64,000 nt of DNA from Aplysia californica. Taxonomy: Eukaryota. The position numbers and the translations under genes were made by a program. Location: contig NW_004797691.1 of the NCBI RefSeq assembly GCF_000002075.1, forward strand, positions 608,279 through 672,278. The letters run 5' to 3'. Each line of letters begins with the position of its first letter. Position 1 is the first letter of the stretch. A model generated the notes under the pieces. It searched no databases. It was not told the DNA's origin and saw nothing but the letters and a program-made list of their open reading frames with translations. Of this stretch, positions 62,501 to 64,000 are shown one piece after another.

Positions 62501-63213
62501 AAAAGGATAAAAACTAAGGAAGGAGTAGGGAAAAAACTGCACAAAAATTACATTTTGCGAAAACTGACAATAATTGTGAAAATTCACTATATTAATCCAT
62601 CTTCATGTTTTTAAAGGCAAATTACCTGTAGAATAAAGTCTTTCTCAATTGAATCCATGCAATTTTTAGACAAAAAACTGGTGGATCTTCAAAAATCAGC
62701 CAACATAAAATGTGCATAGCCTGACCTAAAATCAGCAAAATCAAGGGTCGCTCCTCCCCTTAAAGAATTGTACATTCACTTCTAGCAAATTTTCATTATC
62801 TTCCTTTTCTCATCTTTTGTTTCTCAGGGAAGGATGAAACGGAAGAAAAAGAGGAAAGTGACTCTGATGATGAGGAACCAAAGAAGAAGACAAAAGAATT
62901 GAGTCTAGGGCACAGAGTGGCCAAGAAAACAAAAAAGAGGAAAAAGAAACTGGACAGAGCTCTTGAGGCTGTGAAGAAGCATAAAAAGAAGAAGACGAGT
63001 GTGGAAGCTTTCAATTTCTCAGCTCTTCATCTCATTTACGACCCGCAGGGCTTTTGTGAGAAACTGTTTCGTCAGGTTGAGAAGACCACAGAGAGGTTTG
63101 AGGTGAAGCTGATGATGGTTGATTTGATTTCACGCCTCATTGGTATCCACAAGCTGATAGTGCTCAATTTCTACCCGTTCATGAAGCGATTTTTGCAGCC
63201 ACATCAGAGAGAG
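47482..63213 (+). CDS. SDAD1: Protein SDA1 homolog (60S ribosome biogenesis), partial; exons 47482-47580, 58433-58537, 59668-59766, 60511-60883, 62828-63213; continues beyond window
   Basis: [69 protein letters not shown] and [28 protein letters not shown] are hallmark SDA1 motifs; GT-AG introns in phase. Confidence 0.96.
47765..49749. mobile_element. Foldback-like element with minisatellite arms (unit ~TACGTACACGGTAACCGGG..TAGCCTCAGTGTC)
   Basis: Forward units 47785-48118, reverse units 49627-49749; TTTATTATA at 47756-47764 and 49750-49758. Confidence 0.65.
49766..50452. mobile_element. Second foldback-like copy with the same minisatellite arms
   Basis: Starts CGGAGTGTCTAC, ends GTAGACACTCCG; forward units to ~49985, reverse units from ~50288. 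Confidence 0.7.
50797..54224. mobile_element. Putative ~3.4-kb non-autonomous DNA transposon (TAGCC-initiated TIR, Academ-like) with an internal ~635-bp duplication
   Basis: Right end reverse complement TAGCCTGTGGCTATGCGTACGGCCC; left end TAGCC..GTGGCTATGCATACGGC at 50822; superfamily call inferred from the terminus only. Confidence 0.5.
51245..53726 (+). repeat. Direct duplication 51245-51881 vs 53094-53726, plus partial extra copy 53733-53795
   Basis: Near-identical sequence; explains the twin ORFs 51146-51556 and 53001-53405. Confidence 0.9.
54917..56626. repeat. Higher-order tandem array of TTCGTTCATAAC-headed units (~550-bp period with ~170-210-bp subunits)
   Basis: Motif at 55101, 55129, 55309, 55494, 55662, 55689, 55860, 56030, 56198; inverted copies at ~54922 and ~56604. 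Confidence 0.8.
57285..58189. mobile_element. Degenerate pogo/Tigger-like non-autonomous element
   Basis: TIRs CAGTCGAACCTG / CAGGTTCGACTA, TA on the right side. Confidence 0.6.
58433..58537 (+). CDS. SDAD1: SDAD1 coding exon 2 ([35 protein letters not shown])
   Basis: ttttccag| acceptor; CAG|gttagt donor. Confidence 0.92.
59668..59766 (+). CDS. SDAD1: SDAD1 coding exon 3 ([33 protein letters not shown])
   Basis: tgtgcag| acceptor; ATG|gtaagc donor. Confidence 0.92.
60511..60883 (+). CDS. SDAD1: SDAD1 coding exon 4 ([12 protein letters not shown]...ALKFFL)
   Basis: ttttacag| acceptor; G|gtaatt donor. Confidence 0.95.
60906..61444 (+). mobile_element. SINE family B copy in SDAD1 intron 4
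   Basis: Full head-to-(CAAA)n tail; highly similar to the 44581-45113 copy. Confidence 0.88.
62065..62759. mobile_element. Kolobok-like MITE (TTAA TSD)
   Basis: TTAA|CGGGAGGAGCTACCCTTGA ... TCAAGGGTCGCTCCTCCCC|TTAA, 17/19 TIR match. Confidence 0.8.
62828..63213 (+). CDS. SDAD1: SDAD1 coding exon 5 ([17 protein letters not shown]...FLQPHQRE)
   Basis: ttctcag| acceptor; GAG|gtatga donor. Confidence 0.95.
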
Positions 63214-64000
63214 GTATGATTTGGTGGGCTGTTTGACATCCATGTTTTGTTAATAGGTTTATGATGTTAAAAATGTATTTTTAGATACTTTTTCTGACTT
63301 ATAAGTTGTCAGTTTTCCTGTCCCATTTGCTTTGCTCACTGGCTACTGGTCTTATAATGCGTGGATTAGGGGTTCCCTTCCAAGATTTTGGTTGTGCGTT
63401 TTTAACTGTGTTATCTAGCTTAGTGATAATTATGCTACTGGGTTCATAATCAATAGGGCATGGATTCTGTTTCTTTCTGTGCCATTTCCATTTGTATGAT
63501 TAGGATGCCATTATCTGCAAGAGGATGAACCTGTCCCAAACTAGAGTCATCTCTGAATGGTGATGTTGTGCCATCTGTAATCCTTTACCTAGTGGAAAAT
63601 TGAAAATTTTAACAGAAAGCCCCTATATGTTTCAGAGATGCCGACCAGTACGATTTTACGTATTTTAGTACGATTTTTGGCAGAAAATACGCGAATACGA
63701 CTTTTCATGAAAAAATACGCAACCTGGAATGCGAAAACTACGAGATTCAGCTTGGGCGAGTAAACCAGATTATCTCAGGTCCCATCTTTTGTCAAAATAG
63801 TATCAGTATCGCAGAACTAGAATATTTGAAAACCAAGTCCGATGTGGTCGGTAAGTTCATTTTTGCCGGTCGCGATCGTGATATTATATTCGTTCAGCTT
63901 TTCCCATCTGGGGAGTACGTTTCACTTTCACACGAAAAGGCAGCTATGGCGGCAGGCGGAAGCGTATGTGACACCGAGGCTCGATCGGGAAAATCAAGAT

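Overview
This is AT-rich animal genomic DNA with introns and seven N-gaps. The (TAGATC)n arrays and SINE types suggest a gastropod mollusc, which is an inference. Three conserved spliced genes could be rebuilt by hand with consistent intron phases. TMEM144 (+) has 10 coding exons at 13162-27367 (~402 aa). NUDCD2 (-) has 4 coding exons at 46431-40329 (153 aa), and its intron 2 needs a GC donor. The first 5 coding exons of SDAD1 (+) lie at 47482-63213 and the gene continues past the window. NUDCD2 and SDAD1 are head-to-head with ATGs ~1.05 kb apart, and a second probable divergent promoter lies at ~30-1050. The rest is mostly transposon-derived: two well-preserved tRNA-SINE families (CORE-like and Deu/Nin-like), pogo/Tigger-like MITEs, TTAA Kolobok-like MITEs, foldback MULE-like elements with 9-bp TSDs, a possible Academ-like 3.4-kb element, and minisatellites. 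The most notable observation is that short TA-x-TA insertions (TAGATCTA, TAGCCTA, TAGATTCTA, TACCGGTA, TACTGTA) occur at TA sites in single copies of local repeats and pile up around the promoters, consistent with accumulated transposon excision footprints. No clearly new protein-coding system was found, and most ORFs in the supplied track are spurious.
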